A stretch of DNA of 63,997 nucleotides, filler included, from Saprolegnia diclina VS20 (lineage: Eukaryota): NCBI RefSeq assembly GCF_000281045.1. It is 8 parts of 4 records of this genome, joined end to end, with 100 filler letters (N's around TTAATTAATTAA, not from the genome) between each part and the next. Parts side by side here need not be neighbours in the genome. Positions count along the whole stretch, not along the records: positions 40,199 to 56,148 come from NW_008246154.1; positions 56,249 to 60,699 come from NW_008246154.1; positions 60,800 to 62,741 come from NW_008246154.1; 5 more parts are not named here. The stretch is one strand, 5' to 3'. The notes beneath the pieces are model-generated. The model was not told the origin of the DNA. It worked only from the letters and a program-made list of their open reading frames with translations, and searched no databases. The translations under genes were made by a program, and so were the position numbers. Each line of letters begins with the position of its first letter. Positions within the stretch are counted from its first letter, which is position 1. Below are positions 49,201-61,618 of the stretch, piece by piece.

Positions 49201-52200
49201 GATCGCAGCAGACGCTGCCACGTGTGACTCGCGTGTACGCGCTGCTTCTCGTACGAATCGCTCGTTAGCTTCCACACCGACCGCTCCCACTGCATGGCGC
49301 TGCTCAAGATGTCGTCCATGGTCTAGTGTCATTCGATCAGCGATAGGAACGTGATGCCAAGGACATTACCTTGGACGTATACCGATGGTGGTGGCACTGC
49401 CGTGCAAGCAGCTCCCAGTGTACTCCAGCCAGCGACTCGCGTGCGACCTACGGGCAAATGTCAAAGACCACGCAGCGTTGATCGAGTGTATACGATTTGA
49501 CGCCGCTCGGAGGCCATCTCGGCTGCCCAATGGCCGCTGTCGTCCGTCATTGGGTCGTATGGCGGCACAAGCACGTCCCAGTGCGCCCACTCGAGCGACG
49601 GCAACTGCAACGCACTCCGCAACTCGGCCAACAACGCTGTTGCCACCAGCTCGGACGACGCCGTTGGCGCCACAGATGACGTCGACGACTGCTGCAGGTC
49701 GAGGAAACGCAGTTGCAGCAGCGCCTTGTGCCGGCGTGCAAGGTCCAATGTTGTTTGACGCAACTCGCCCTGCGGCTCGGCTCTGCAGAGGCCCGAGACG
49801 ACGGCCAAGGCGCGCAGAATGTACCGCTGAGCGTCGCCGCGGGCGTGGGGGCACTGGTCATGGAAGAGGTACTCGTGGAGCAAGGGCACGGCGTGCTGCA
49901 ACGGCAGCAGGAGACGCAAGACCGCACGCACGACGCCGCCCTTTCGAGCCGTCCACGGCTGCGCCGTCTCGAGTTCAATCGGAAATGCCGTCCAGTACAG
50001 CATGTCCATACCTGTTCCATGTGTTTATATCTGCATCAAGATCCACAGAGAGAGGACGTACGCCGAAGCAGATGCAAGAGCGCTTCGACAAGCGCGACCG
50101 TCGGCGCGGCGCGACACCGGTCGTCTTCGACTACAAACACGAGGTGCCAGACGTTGGCGTGCACGAGGAGCCACTGCTGTCGATCCGCGTCCATCGGGTC
50201 GGACGAGGCGTACTGCCATTTCGACCCGTGGGCTTGCAGTCGGCTCGGCACATCCAAGTGCCGCAGGTGTTGCAGCAGCTGCGTCAAGTACCGCTGGCGC
50301 ATTTCATCGGCCAGCGATTCTGGCGATAAGATCGCATCGAGAAGCGCGAGACACCGGTGCACGGTGACCCAGCCGTCGACAGCCGTCGCGATGCAGTGCA
50401 CCGACCACGTGACAGCGACATTGAGCACGACTTGTCGGTCATCGTCCGTCTCGCAGCGCTGCATCACCAGCATCCACGACCGCAGGACGCGGTGGTGACA
50501 CACGAGCTGCAAAAGCCGCAGCTGATGGTCAAGTCCGCGCAGCACATCGAGGCACGTGGGTAGTGACGCGCGGGGCATGGCCGCAAACAGCGCTGGCACG
50601 ACAACGTGCCGACGGTCGTTGACGAGGAGACGCCAGCAGAGCAGAACCACGTCGTCGTACGCCTCGGCCGGTACAAACGCTAGGGCTGCGAGTACGTGTC
50701 CGACAGCGTCCGACGGTATCTCGTACATCGTCGTCGTCATCGTCGTCTCGGTCACACTGTCATCGTCCGAGAGCTCGCTGAAGCTGTAGCTGCTCATGCG
50801 GCGAAGGTGCGACGCGAAGCGCACGTCGTTGTGCGAGGCCGCAAGGCGCGGCTTGAACGCAAGCGCCGTCGCAAGCACGGTCGACGGCATCGACACCGAG
50901 TGCGGGCGGTGCGCCACGGTCTCGACCGGCGATACACTCAGACACTGTACGACAATTTCAAGCCCGAGCAGCTTGAGGTGTCCAGACAACTGCGGCCGTC
51001 GGAGCACGAGCGCCACGACAGCGTCGGCCGCCGAGAGGGGCGAGCCAAACCCGCTCCACGGCGTGACGCAATAATGCGGGTCCAAATTGGCATCCGGCGT
51101 GTTGACTTGGCGCCGGACCTCCTTCTCGACAAGCGCCGCGAGCGTTGGCGCCAGCGTTGGCTCGGCAAAGAGGCGGAGGAGCACGTTCAGAACATCTTTC
51201 TTTTGCATATCGTCGCCCGAGAAGGCGAGGAAGCCCGTGAGCGCGTTCACATCGGCGGCCTCGAGGCTTTTCTTGGTGCGAAGCAGCGTCTCGAGGAGTT
51301 CGAGAAGCGCGTCGCGCACTTCGTGGCACTCGGCGGCACTCAGATGGGACGCCACATGTGCGTGCGTCTCGGGGTGACACCACTCGCGTCGATTGAACAT
51401 GGCGCCTTTTTCAAAGTGGCTAGGCGACAATACACCCGCGGTTGCGTCCATGCAGCCGCCTTCGCTCGCCCAAATTGCAGTCGGCGGTGTAAACCAATAG
51501 TGTAGCCGGAGATCGTCGAGGAGCTTGCGCACGGTCAGATGCGCCGGCCACGGCAAGCTCGGTGAGAGCACGAGCCGGCGCAGCGTTGCCACCGCGTACA
51601 ACTGCACGTGGAGCGGTGCAAACGACCAGAGATACAAGTTACCGAGCCAGTGCTTGATGATGAGGCCTTGCACAGGTCGTGGCGCGTCGAGCAAGAGCGC
51701 CGTCATGACATCAACGACCTGAATCGTACGGTGCTGCGGCGCCATGCGACTGAGAAGATATGCCACGACCCGCACGCCGTGGCCTTCATGAAGAAATCGC
51801 TGGTTCGCACTGTGGTCGTGCTGCAGCGCCATGAGCAGCTGCAGCACATTCGCCGTCAGATCCGGACTCGGCTCATAGTCAAACAGCGCCAGCAGCGGCA
51901 AGACGACTGCAATGCCACCGATGCAATCGAGAACGTCGACGACATACCGCGTGTACACGTGGTACGTGCCTTCGAGACGTCGCGCCGCGAGTTGATGCGG
52001 TGTCGCCTCTTGAAAGTGCAAGCTGCCGTTGAGAAAGTACTGGCCTTCCCACACGCTCGGGTGGTAGCTCCAGAGAAGCTCGTCAAGGAGCGGGTCTGGT
52101 CGCGCCAAGAGCATGTCTGGGCCGCGGCGGTGCAACAGTCGCACGTGCTCGCGCGAGAGCGTTCTTCGAAACAAGTAGACGGCGCCCAGTTGCAATCGCC

Positions 52201-55200
52201 CGAGGTGCGTCACGCCGACATCGCAGCCAATGTGGCACGACGTCACGGCCGCCAGCTCGATCGACGGCACGTCGTTCGTACTCCAGACCACGTCGCCGTC
52301 AAGACACACGCTCGCTTCGGGCCGCGTCCGGAATGACCCGGATGCGTGGGACCAGCTCAGGCAGTGCCACGTGTGCGGTACCAAGGGTACGTTCGTGGAC
52401 ACAAACACATTCTGCGGCATCGCATAGCACAAGACGCCCGACTGCACATAGAGATGGTAGCCGTCACCAGTCTCGTCGCGGATCGAGAGGAGCGTCTGCT
52501 TCTTCCGCGACGGCGCCTCGTCGAGACGGACCCACGTGTGCAGCGTGTAGCCGCGCGACGGCAGCGTAAACGACGGTGCGACATCGAGACCCGACTGCTC
52601 GCCATCGAGAAAGAAGAACCGGCTCGGGCCCACGCGCTTGGGCGTGACCATGCGGTAGAGGGCGTGGACAAGCGGCGCGGCGTGCGACGCCATCGACGGT
52701 TTTTGCAAGAGGCGGAAGAAGCGCTTGAGCTGCTTGACACCAATGCTGTGGAGGCCAATCTCGACCATGATCTGCAAGAGGCCATCGGACACGACGTCGG
52801 CTTCCAGTAAATCGAGGATCTGGTCGAGCGTCGCAGGCTGGACATAGCAGCACATCGACCGGTTCAACACCGCGTACGTCGCCGCGTCAAAGAGCTCGAG
52901 GAAGCGTCCGACGACAACGTGTTGCACCTCGACCACACAGCGCCGGAAGAGGAGCCAGAGCACGGGCACCGCGTCTGGGTTGTGGATCCGACAACCGGCA
53001 CGATCGTTGTCGACCATCATCTTGAGAAAGAGCTCCATGGTCGCCAGCGAGATGGCGTCAGGCTCGGCGGCCAAGCACACGTCGACAAGAGGCGCGTACG
53101 CGACGCGGTCGTGATCGTGATCGTCGATTGCCGACCCGAGGAGCGACCGAAACTCGGCCTTGGACTCGCGGTTACCCGCCATGAGCAACGTGAGCACGGC
53201 GCCGACAGCTCGGATTACGCTGCCATGGCCCGGTGTCTCGACGTAATGGCGCGAGTGGAGCAAATTGGTGAGATGTACAAAGAGCCCACAGTCTCGGAAC
53301 AGCTTTTGCGCCGCCGTCACGTACACACTCGATGCCAGCACAGAGTCGAGGACATCGACGAGCGCCATGACCACGTCGCCGACGCCACGCTGCGTCTGCG
53401 AGATGAGCTCGGAGAGTGACTGCGTGTACAGCTGGAAGAGCTGGGCGTGGAGCACGTCGGCCGATGTCGCAGCCACGTGCCGGCCAAAGAGAAGCTCCAG
53501 ACCCGCGTGCAAGAGCCCCGGCAGCATCTGCAGTATGTACGGGACACACGTCGGGTCGTGCAGCAGCTGGAAAAGCGCCGGAAGGAGCCCGCAGCGCATC
53601 GTGAGCTCGACGTCGAGGACATCCACAGCCCGCAACGGGGTCACAAAGACGTGGAGGAAGCGAAGACTCGCTCGCCGGGCAAGTGACGACGCATCACTCT
53701 CATCGATGGGCCCGAGCAACCGCGCCACCAACGGGACATGCGCAAGAAAGAAGGCGTCAAAGGCGGCACCTTCGGCGTAGGCCAGCTGCTCGAGCACCGA
53801 GAGCATCGAGAAACGGAACCAAGCATCGTTCTCCTGACTCGTCGCGACCAGGCTCTTGAAGACTAGCCCCAAGTACGCTGTCTTGTCGGGAAGCGCGTGC
53901 ATAATCCGCAAAAGCGTGGCCAGGACGACCGCATGGTACGTGGCAAAACAGCTGCGCGGGCCCTTGTCGAGCGCCGCGATCGTCGTCGACACATCGCCGA
54001 GCCGCAATGTGCGTGGATGTAAACAGCGCGCGCCGAGCGCGTCAAAGAGACTCGGGTGCCGCCACAGAAACGGCCACGCGTCGGCGTCACGCAGCGTAGT
54101 CGCGACGACCGTGCTCTGCGGATGCAAATGAAAGACGTGTCGGAGGAAGCACGCAGCGTGGAGCTCGACGCTGACGCCGGCGACGTGGCGGCGCGCAGCG
54201 CGGCTCCAGTTTAATGCCACAAGGATTATGTGCTCGAAAAAGCCAGCGATCGGTGACGCGCTCAGGTCGACCGGCATCGTCGTGTCGAGGAAGCGCACCG
54301 CCGGGGTCGCAAACGTGAGAAAGAGCGTGTCAAACAGCGCCTTGTAGCAGAGGTTGGCGTGGTGCCATGCGTGATGCGCCGGTGTCGACAATGCGAGGCG
54401 CTGCGCGCCACAGGCCGCGACTAGCCCGGTCGCGACAAAGCGCGTCGCATGGTGCTGACACGCATAGCACAAGACGCGGTCGCCGGTCGCAGCTTCCACA
54501 TCCGAAAAGAGATCGCCATGCAGCGTCAGCGCATACGTCGGGTGTTCGCCGGACGTCCGCGGTTCGATCGTCGTTGTCGACGATGCGAGCTGCAGCGACG
54601 TGTCGAGGAGCCAGCGCAGCGGCGACTGTACGAGGCTGAGCTTTTCGGCAAAAACGAGCCAGAGATTATCGGCGGTCGCACACACTTCGAGGCCGACACG
54701 GAGCACCATGGACGTGAGCGACGTCTCTTGCGCCATGCGCTGGGCCGAGCCCGATGGCTGCTTGGCGTCCAAAAGCAGCACATCAAAGAGCGCTGATAAG
54801 AAGGCGTCCCCAACTATCGGCGCCGACGACGTACTTCGGTGGACGCAGAGCAGCGCCCCGAGGAGTCCGAGCACATCGAGCTGCAGCGGGATCCATGGCG
54901 ACACCACGTGATGCGAGGTGAGGTCGGCGGCCCGGGTCGCGGCGAAAACGACGAGAAGGCTCTCGATACAAACGTGTTCAAAGGCGCGAAGTGGCGGCAG
55001 CGCATAGAACGCGTGCTGCAGAAAGCCCATCGGCGTCGGCTTCTTCGAGTCAAAGTAGTAGTCGGTCCACTCGTGGTGGACGTCGTCAAGCGCTGACAAG
55101 CACGCATCCGAGGGGTCAGCGCTTCCGGAAGCAGTGGCAGGTGAGAGCAGGTCGGGCATCGCGACGTCGACGTCGGCCCACTGCTTCCAGAGCGCGCTGG

Positions 55201-55909
55201 ACCCGACAAAGCACACCTCGAGAAGCCTTGCCCAGCTCCGTAGCGTATCGTAGAGGCAGATCCGATCGTCGTCGTCATCGCTGTCGCCGTCTCCCTCGTG
55301 TCGCACGGTCACGTGATCGAGCCATGTTTGCAGCAGCGTCGTCAGGGGGCCAAAGAGGCAGGCGATGCCGGCGCCGTCGTGAAGCCGCAGCACGATTGCT
55401 TGGTTGCGCTTCCAGCGCAGCGCCTTGGACAAGACGCGAAGCGCGACCGAGAGACGAACGCACAGCGCGTGTTGTAGCGCGTACAGCATCTCGTCGACGA
55501 CCAGCGTGAGCGCGCCAAGTGGCCAGTCGCCCGCGCTCATCGTATCGTAGCCGACGTACGTTTGCTGGAGCACCTCGACGTCGTGGAGGAAGCGTGCCAG
55601 CTCCGACGCGGGCCGCTCATCTACCTCGAGGTGGTTCAAGTGGAGGTAGCGCTCCCATATGGCAGCGAAGGCCGAACCGCGCAGATCCATGGGCCTGTCG
55701 TCGGCGCTCCACGGGGCGAAGCAGCTGTCGGTCGACCGGTAGGCGCTTGGCGGTGCGGCGAGCACGTCCGAGACCGAGTACGGGGCGCTCTCCACGAGGT
55801 CGAAGCCCATGAGGTTGTGGAGGAGGACGTCGCCGACAATGCTGCCCTCCGTGCCATCGCCGGACTCGTCCATGCGCCTGATTGGGCTCGTGGATATTTC
55901 CTGCGACAA
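46207..55909 (-). CDS. Large BEACH-domain protein (neurobeachin/LvsA-like: ConA-like, PH-BEACH, WD40), start approximate
   Basis: [10 protein letters not shown]...[10 protein letters not shown] (ConA-like), [89 protein letters not shown] and WD40 repeats. Confidence 0.95.
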
Positions 55910-56248
55910 TGAATATTATGGCCTGCGACCTGATCGGAGATAAACGGAAGTAGTGTATGCCGAGAGGCACAACGGGCAGCATTGTACACGAACAATCGTA
56001 CACTATATAGAGTGCATTGCCAAAAAGTAGGCCCCCCTACCTCGAAGTGCGTCGAAAAAGAATCGACAAGCAAAGGAGAAGGGTGCGTAACGTCGGTGGG
56101 GACCCTCGTTTTTCAACGCGTCGAATCAACTGCCCGAATCTTCGACCANNNNNNNNNNNNNNNNNNNNNNNNNNNNNNNNNNNNNNNNNNNNTTAATTAA
56201 TTAANNNNNNNNNNNNNNNNNNNNNNNNNNNNNNNNNNNNNNNNNNNN

Positions 56249-57696
56249 CTGACTCGACCATCGAGTTTATTCTCGACAACGCGGCGCTTGCTCACATTTG
56301 TCGCCACGAGCACGTGTTTGAGTCGTTTGATGGCCACGAGCATGCGGTGACGTGGTTCAATGGCAACACGTCGACGCAGCGACGTGGCGCTGCTAGTTTC
56401 TTCTTCCCCGACGCCGACAGCGACAACGAGGTCGACGTTTACCTCGAGATGCACTGTGATCCGTCGTCGCGCGTCAACATCTTGAGCCAGACGCGGCTGC
56501 GTGAGCATCACGGTCTTTTGGCGTCGCTCTCGGCGGACAACCTCGTCATGACGCTGCGCAGCACGGAGATGAAGCTCGTCTTTCACTTTCGCGACGGGTT
56601 TTACCGCATCCGTGTGCGCTCACACGCCAAGCCGGCCGAGCCCGTGCTCTTTACGGGCCACGAGGTTTGCTCCAAGAACAGCCAGCTTCGTCTTTGGCAC
56701 AACCGACTCGCCCATGCGAGCATGGACGTCGTCAAGTCCATGGCCAAGGACGGTGTGGCGGACGGCTTGTGGCTTCCGCGTCAAGACATCAAGTCGTCGG
56801 CGTCGTGCTTGTCGTGCACGCTCGCCAAGCAGAAGCGCATGTCGTACAACACAAAGCCAGAACGTACGACGATCCCGCTTCGCAAGATCATTGTCGACAT
56901 TGGCTTCGTGTCGAGCATCGTGTCGTGGGAACAACACACGTGCTACCTCGCGATCATCGATGAAGGCTCGCGCTTCGTCTGGGTCAAGCCGATGGCCCGG
57001 AAGGGCGACGCGACGACGACGCTTGTGACGTGTGTCAAGACGCTCCAGATCGCGTACCAAAAGAAGATCGCGGTCATCTCGAGCGACGACGACAAGATGT
57101 TCCACAACTCGACGATTGCTGAGCTCTGCTCCGGTGGGATCACGCAGCAGCTCACGCACGGCTACGCGCCCGAAGAGGTCGCGCTCGTCGAGAAGTTCAA
57201 CTACGTGTTGATGGACAAGGTCCGCGCGGTGCTGGCAGCGTCCGGGTTGCCGGACGAGCTCTGGAACGAGTGCGCCATGTATGTGGCGTATACGTACAAC
57301 CGCACTGGCACCAAGCCCTTGGGCGGCAAGACGCCGTTCCAAGCGCTCAGGGGCAAGGCGCCTGACGTGACGCACTTGGGTCCTTTCGGGTGCGTCATGA
57401 CCATGTTCCTTGGGCCGCACCGTCGTGCCTCGAAGATTGCGCAGCGCGCGCAATTGTGCATCTTCCTCGGCTACGATCAAGAACATCGCGGCTACCGGCT
57501 CCTCAACCTTCGGACCGGCAAGCTCGAGAAGGTGCGCTACGACAACGTGTGCGTCTACGAGGACCAGACGGTCGAAGGCGCATACGTCAAGAAGGTCCTA
57601 CAAAGCGCCGCCAACCCCGGTGTTGGTGGCATCTCGTCCTTGGTCCCGTTTTGCACGCTGCCGGTCATGGAGATGCCGGAGACGTACGTGCCGTTG
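56249..57696 (+). mobile_element. Ty1/copia LTR retrotransposon pol fragment (protease, GAG-pre-integrase, integrase)
   Basis: FILDNAALAHIC (protease-like), LWHNRLAH...CLSC (HHCC), integrase VDI...IIDEGSRF...SSDDD...LVEKFN, SGLP..LW.E, TPF...G..PD and FGC...CIFLGY. Both ends are in gaps. Confidence 0.9.
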
Positions 57697-57810
57697 NNNN
57701 NNNNNNNNNNNNNNNNNNNNNNNNNNNNNNNNNNNNNNNNNNNNNNNNNNNNNNNNNNNNNNNNNNNNNNNNNNNNNNNNNNNNNNNNNNNNNNNNNNNN
57801 NNNNNNNNNN

Positions 57811-59475
57811 GCCACCGGCAACGAGAACGACGACTTGGTACGATGGGAGGTGCACCGACACGGTGCCGTACGGTCCCCCGAGCACAATCGGCAGCGTTTC
57901 CTTGCCGCAGCCATTGCGGCTGGCAACGTCGTCGACCACTTTGTCGACAAAACGCCCGGTCGTCAAAGCCTTGATGCAAAACCCGATCGACTTCCCGTCC
58001 GGCGTGACGATACCTGTAAACGGATGCCACTCGACAATCGCGACGCTGGGCACTTGAACGTAAAAGAACGAGGCCGGATTCATGGTTGCCACCCATTTCT
58101 TCGTCAACGCGGTCGACGACAGCGTCAGGGTCACGGTCTTGGCGCCGGACGTGTCGACGATCGCGTCAAAGCGCTGACAGAAAGCTCGGACACGAAAGAC
58201 GCCCGAGAACACGTAAAGGGCGAGAGGGACAATCATCGCGTAGCGAATGACGGCGCTGTGCAACAGCACAAACACAAAAACGACAATAGACGCCATGCGG
58301 TGGTGCATGTAAAAGCGCGCATAGTACTTGCGCCGAAACCAGCTCGCCACGACGAGCGAGAGGCCTGCTACCAGGGCAAATGCACCGGCGATGGGCCACA
58401 CGGCGGACTGCCCATACACTTGAGTGCTCACGGGACTCGTCGCTGGAATGTACAGCACCAGGTGCACGAGGCCAAAGAGCACAAACAGCCACGAGCTCGC
58501 ACGATGGAATTTCAGTACGCGGTCATGGGACGAGCCAAATAAATGTTGCCAGTGCGGTCCGCGCGCAATTGGAATGAGCGAAAACATCAGGCTCAGTAAC
58601 GAGAGGTGGCCCGAGATGAACGCAAAGCGAGCGTAGTTGAGAATCGGCGTTGGCGTCTGGAGATAGAGACTGGCACCGACGAGCGCACCGAGAAAGAGCA
58701 GCACGATAATGCCTTCTCCGATCTTGAGGTCGGCGAGAATCTGCACCAGTGGCGCAAGACCTTTGTCGGATTTGGGCGGAGCGCACAACGTTGTGTAGTT
58801 GATGAGGCGGAAACGACCCAAGTACGTGGCGACAATACCAAGCGCCAACATGACGCCAAAGACACCAGCTGCAATGACCGCCGTGTAGAGTGTGTTGAGC
58901 GGTGCATTGACATTGTGCGCCGCGTTGAGCGTCAGCTGAAGCGCACCGCTGGCCTTGTGGTCGGATGGGAATGACTTGGTGTCGTACGACCATGTTAATG
59001 TCGTGACGCCGCTCGGGTCAATGGCCACGTCCGAGTCGACAACGGCTGCAAGCCGCCGCTGAAATGTAAAGGAGAGCACGCCGTTGATGTGCGTCGACTG
59101 CGTCACGTTGATTGGCGATTGGTCGGCATTGACTGTCGTGTCTTGGAGGCCGCCGCCCTTCATGGTGTAGAGCAGCGCGGGAGGTGCCGCGACATCCAAA
59201 ATCACAACGTTGTACGGTGTGTCGCCGACCATTTTGGGCGTCGACGCAATGGCCAGTGACCCCCACTGCACCGTGTCGTCCGAGATGTTGAACTGGAAGC
59301 AGACATACTCGCCTTGAACAAGCACCTTGATGGATGCTGGCGTACGGCCCATTGCAATGACGGGGGCCGCAGCAAACGCAGGAGACGCACACACGTTGGT
59401 GGTCATGGCTGGCGCAGCTGTTAGACCGGCGACGTAGTGAAGTGCCAACAAGACGAGATGCGCTTTGGTACGCAT
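57811..59475 (-). CDS. DOMON-ferric reductase-like transmembrane oxidoreductase, 3' truncated at gap
   Basis: Signal peptide, DOMON-like beta domain (..LSFTFQRRL..), heme His pairs (KFHR...VH; YMHH...LLH), FAD motif EWHPFT, GPYG and NAD(P) motif VLVAGG. Confidence 0.85.
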
Positions 59476-59812
59476 GGACGAAATCATTGCTGCACTACAA
59501 GTTGGTAGCACGAGAAGAATTCTTATCTGTCATCGGCTTCGTCAGATTGGCCAAGCTGGGCCCCCATCTATAAAGCAGGGGTCGTTTCATGACTATTTTG
59601 TCGTCCAATCAAGTATTAGTACTACATGGCAACGTAAACGAAAGGCCCATTTGCGTGTTCCTGCTCAGTCCAGCGTCTTCCACCGAGGACTGCCTAGCGC
59701 AGCCAATTCAAACAGCCCTCTTACGTCCAGCGTCGATCAATGAACGATGTGTTCGGACGCGATTTGACTTCAGAGCCATTTCGAAAATCTCTGTAATTTT
59801 GCGCACTGCAGT

Positions 59813-60577
59813 GTGGACCTAAACGATGGATGGTTTTTCATTCGCGACACGAAAGCGACGCAGCCGGTATCGGTCGCGAATTACTTGGCGCGGCTCTGGA
59901 CGCTCGCGCTGAAGCGTGTCGTGTGGCAGGTCATGGTCTTCATCTTCCTCTTCTCGCTCAGCAACTCGTACATCAACACGACCGCCGCGCCGTACGTGGC
60001 ACTCTACTGGGCCAAGGTCGAGACGCTCAACACGGCGTTGACGAGCATTTTGGGTAGCCTCGTCTTTGCGAGCGTGCTCGCGGCCACGGGCAAGTATGGA
60101 ACCCAGTGGAACTGGCGCTACGCGCTCGTGCTCATGGCCGTCGGTGCGAATGTGATTGATGCGGTCGCGGTCTATTGTCCCATCTACGACGTGCTCCGCA
60201 GTCAGTGATTCTTCTTTGGCGTCCTGCTCACGACGCAGCTGCCGTTGGGCATCAACTTTGTCGTTGGTACGTTTGTCATCATCGAGCTCGCCGACGAAGG
60301 TAGCGAAGGTGTCATGTACGGCCTTTTGACGACGATCGCAAACCTTCCGGGCGTCTTTGGCCCGCTGCTTACCGTCCCCGACGCCCACTTTGACGTTGGG
60401 AGAGAGCGTATTGCGCTCGATGCGCCCGAGACACGGAACCACGTCGCGTACACGTATGTGATTTCGTACGCTGCAACGGGTCTCGGCTGCCTCTGCGTCT
60501 TTCTCTTGCCAAGCCAGAAGGCCGCAGTCGCCGACCTCAAGGCACTTGTCCGAGCAACGTTGGAATCAAAACACTAA
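59813..60577 (+). pseudogene. BT1 folate-biopterin transporter 3' fragment with in-frame stop
   Basis: Homologous to the C-terminal half of 33146-34927 (RVVWQVM.F, WNWR, ELADEGSEGVMYGLLTTIANL, LPSQK). ORFs 59813-60208 and 60245-60577 share a frame and are split by TGA at 60206-60208. No N-terminal half is visible. Confidence 0.8.
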
Positions 60578-60837
60578 GTCTCGTAGCGCGTTCGAGTAGT
60601 CTGCGTTTGCAAACCACCTTAAGCGTTCGCATACAGACGGTGTCGATGAGCGAAGCTTTTTGAATGACCCTATTCTTGGACCCTGGCTGGGGTCCTATCN
60701 NNNNNNNNNNNNNNNNNNNNNNNNNNNNNNNNNNNNNNNNNNNTTAATTAATTAANNNNNNNNNNNNNNNNNNNNNNNNNNNNNNNNNNNNNNNNNNNNT
60801 TGTAAGCAGGAGCGATGGACGGCTCTTCACAACCTAA

Positions 60838-61618
60838 GGGTGCGTTCGGTTCGTCCAAAGCACGTGCTTTTCACGTACTTCGAGGCCATCCACGTAACTT
60901 CGAAAAAAATATGTTACGCGGCGCATTCGGTTCAAATCCGCGTAACTTGGCGTACTTTGCCGCCAAAGCACGTATTTTCAAAAAACGCCTCGGCCGGCCA
61001 GCCGACACAAACCAGCGGCGAACGTTGGGATGCTTTGGGATATATCCTGCCCTCGATCGGAAAAACCTAATTTGGGTCCTTTTTTCACAGATCCCTGATT
61101 TGATTTCCAGGCCGCGACCTTGACCGCAGCGCGCCAAGTCGACACGCTTGGAAGGACCAAGGAGCGCATGCCGCCGCGGACGACGGGCGCGCTAGGTTAG
61201 ATTAGTGATGCTAACAATACACACGCAGAGCGCGTCGTGTTGCTTGCTCATCGACTCGACAAGCGTTCTCTCCGAGGTTGAGCGCCCGCTACCTCGTCGC
61301 GCCACCAAGCAGCCCCTAGCGAAGCCGGTACGAGGCGTATGAGGAGGAGTAGCGCATCGAGGGTATGCGCCGTCGACAGACGTCTCAAGCGCTTACCTTG
61401 TACGCCGCCACTCATCGCATTGAGGACCCTCGCTTGCTGCTCGGGTCGCGTCGCGCAGGACCATCCATGCGCTGTCCTAAAAAACCTAAAGTCGGCGTAC
61501 ATCGATGAACCGAACGCGATTTTGCGTAACAAAAAGCACGTATCGAAAAACCTTGCAATCGAAGTTATGCGGATTTGCGATATGTGCTTTGAAAGTACGC
61601 GGTGAACCGAACGCACCC
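60838..61618. mobile_element. Non-autonomous PIF/Harbinger (Tourist-like) MITE, 781 bp
   Basis: Perfect 15-bp TIRs GGGTGCGTTCGGTTC (60838-60852) and GAACCGAACGCACCC (61604-61618), each flanked by TAA (60835-60837 and 61619-61621). Subterminal TIR-like and AAAGCACGT repeats are present. Confidence 0.88.

Noticed and set aside
56314..58542. 742-aa ORF suggesting an integrase fused to a novel C-terminal domain
   Set aside because: It reads through an N gap into the antisense strand of the ferric reductase gene.
60206..60208. In-frame TGA as selenocysteine or readthrough, given the SCLY-like gene in the window
   Set aside because: The position is not a Cys-equivalent in the paralogue, the gene is 5' truncated, and I recognised no SECIS element. 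A nonsense mutation is simpler.
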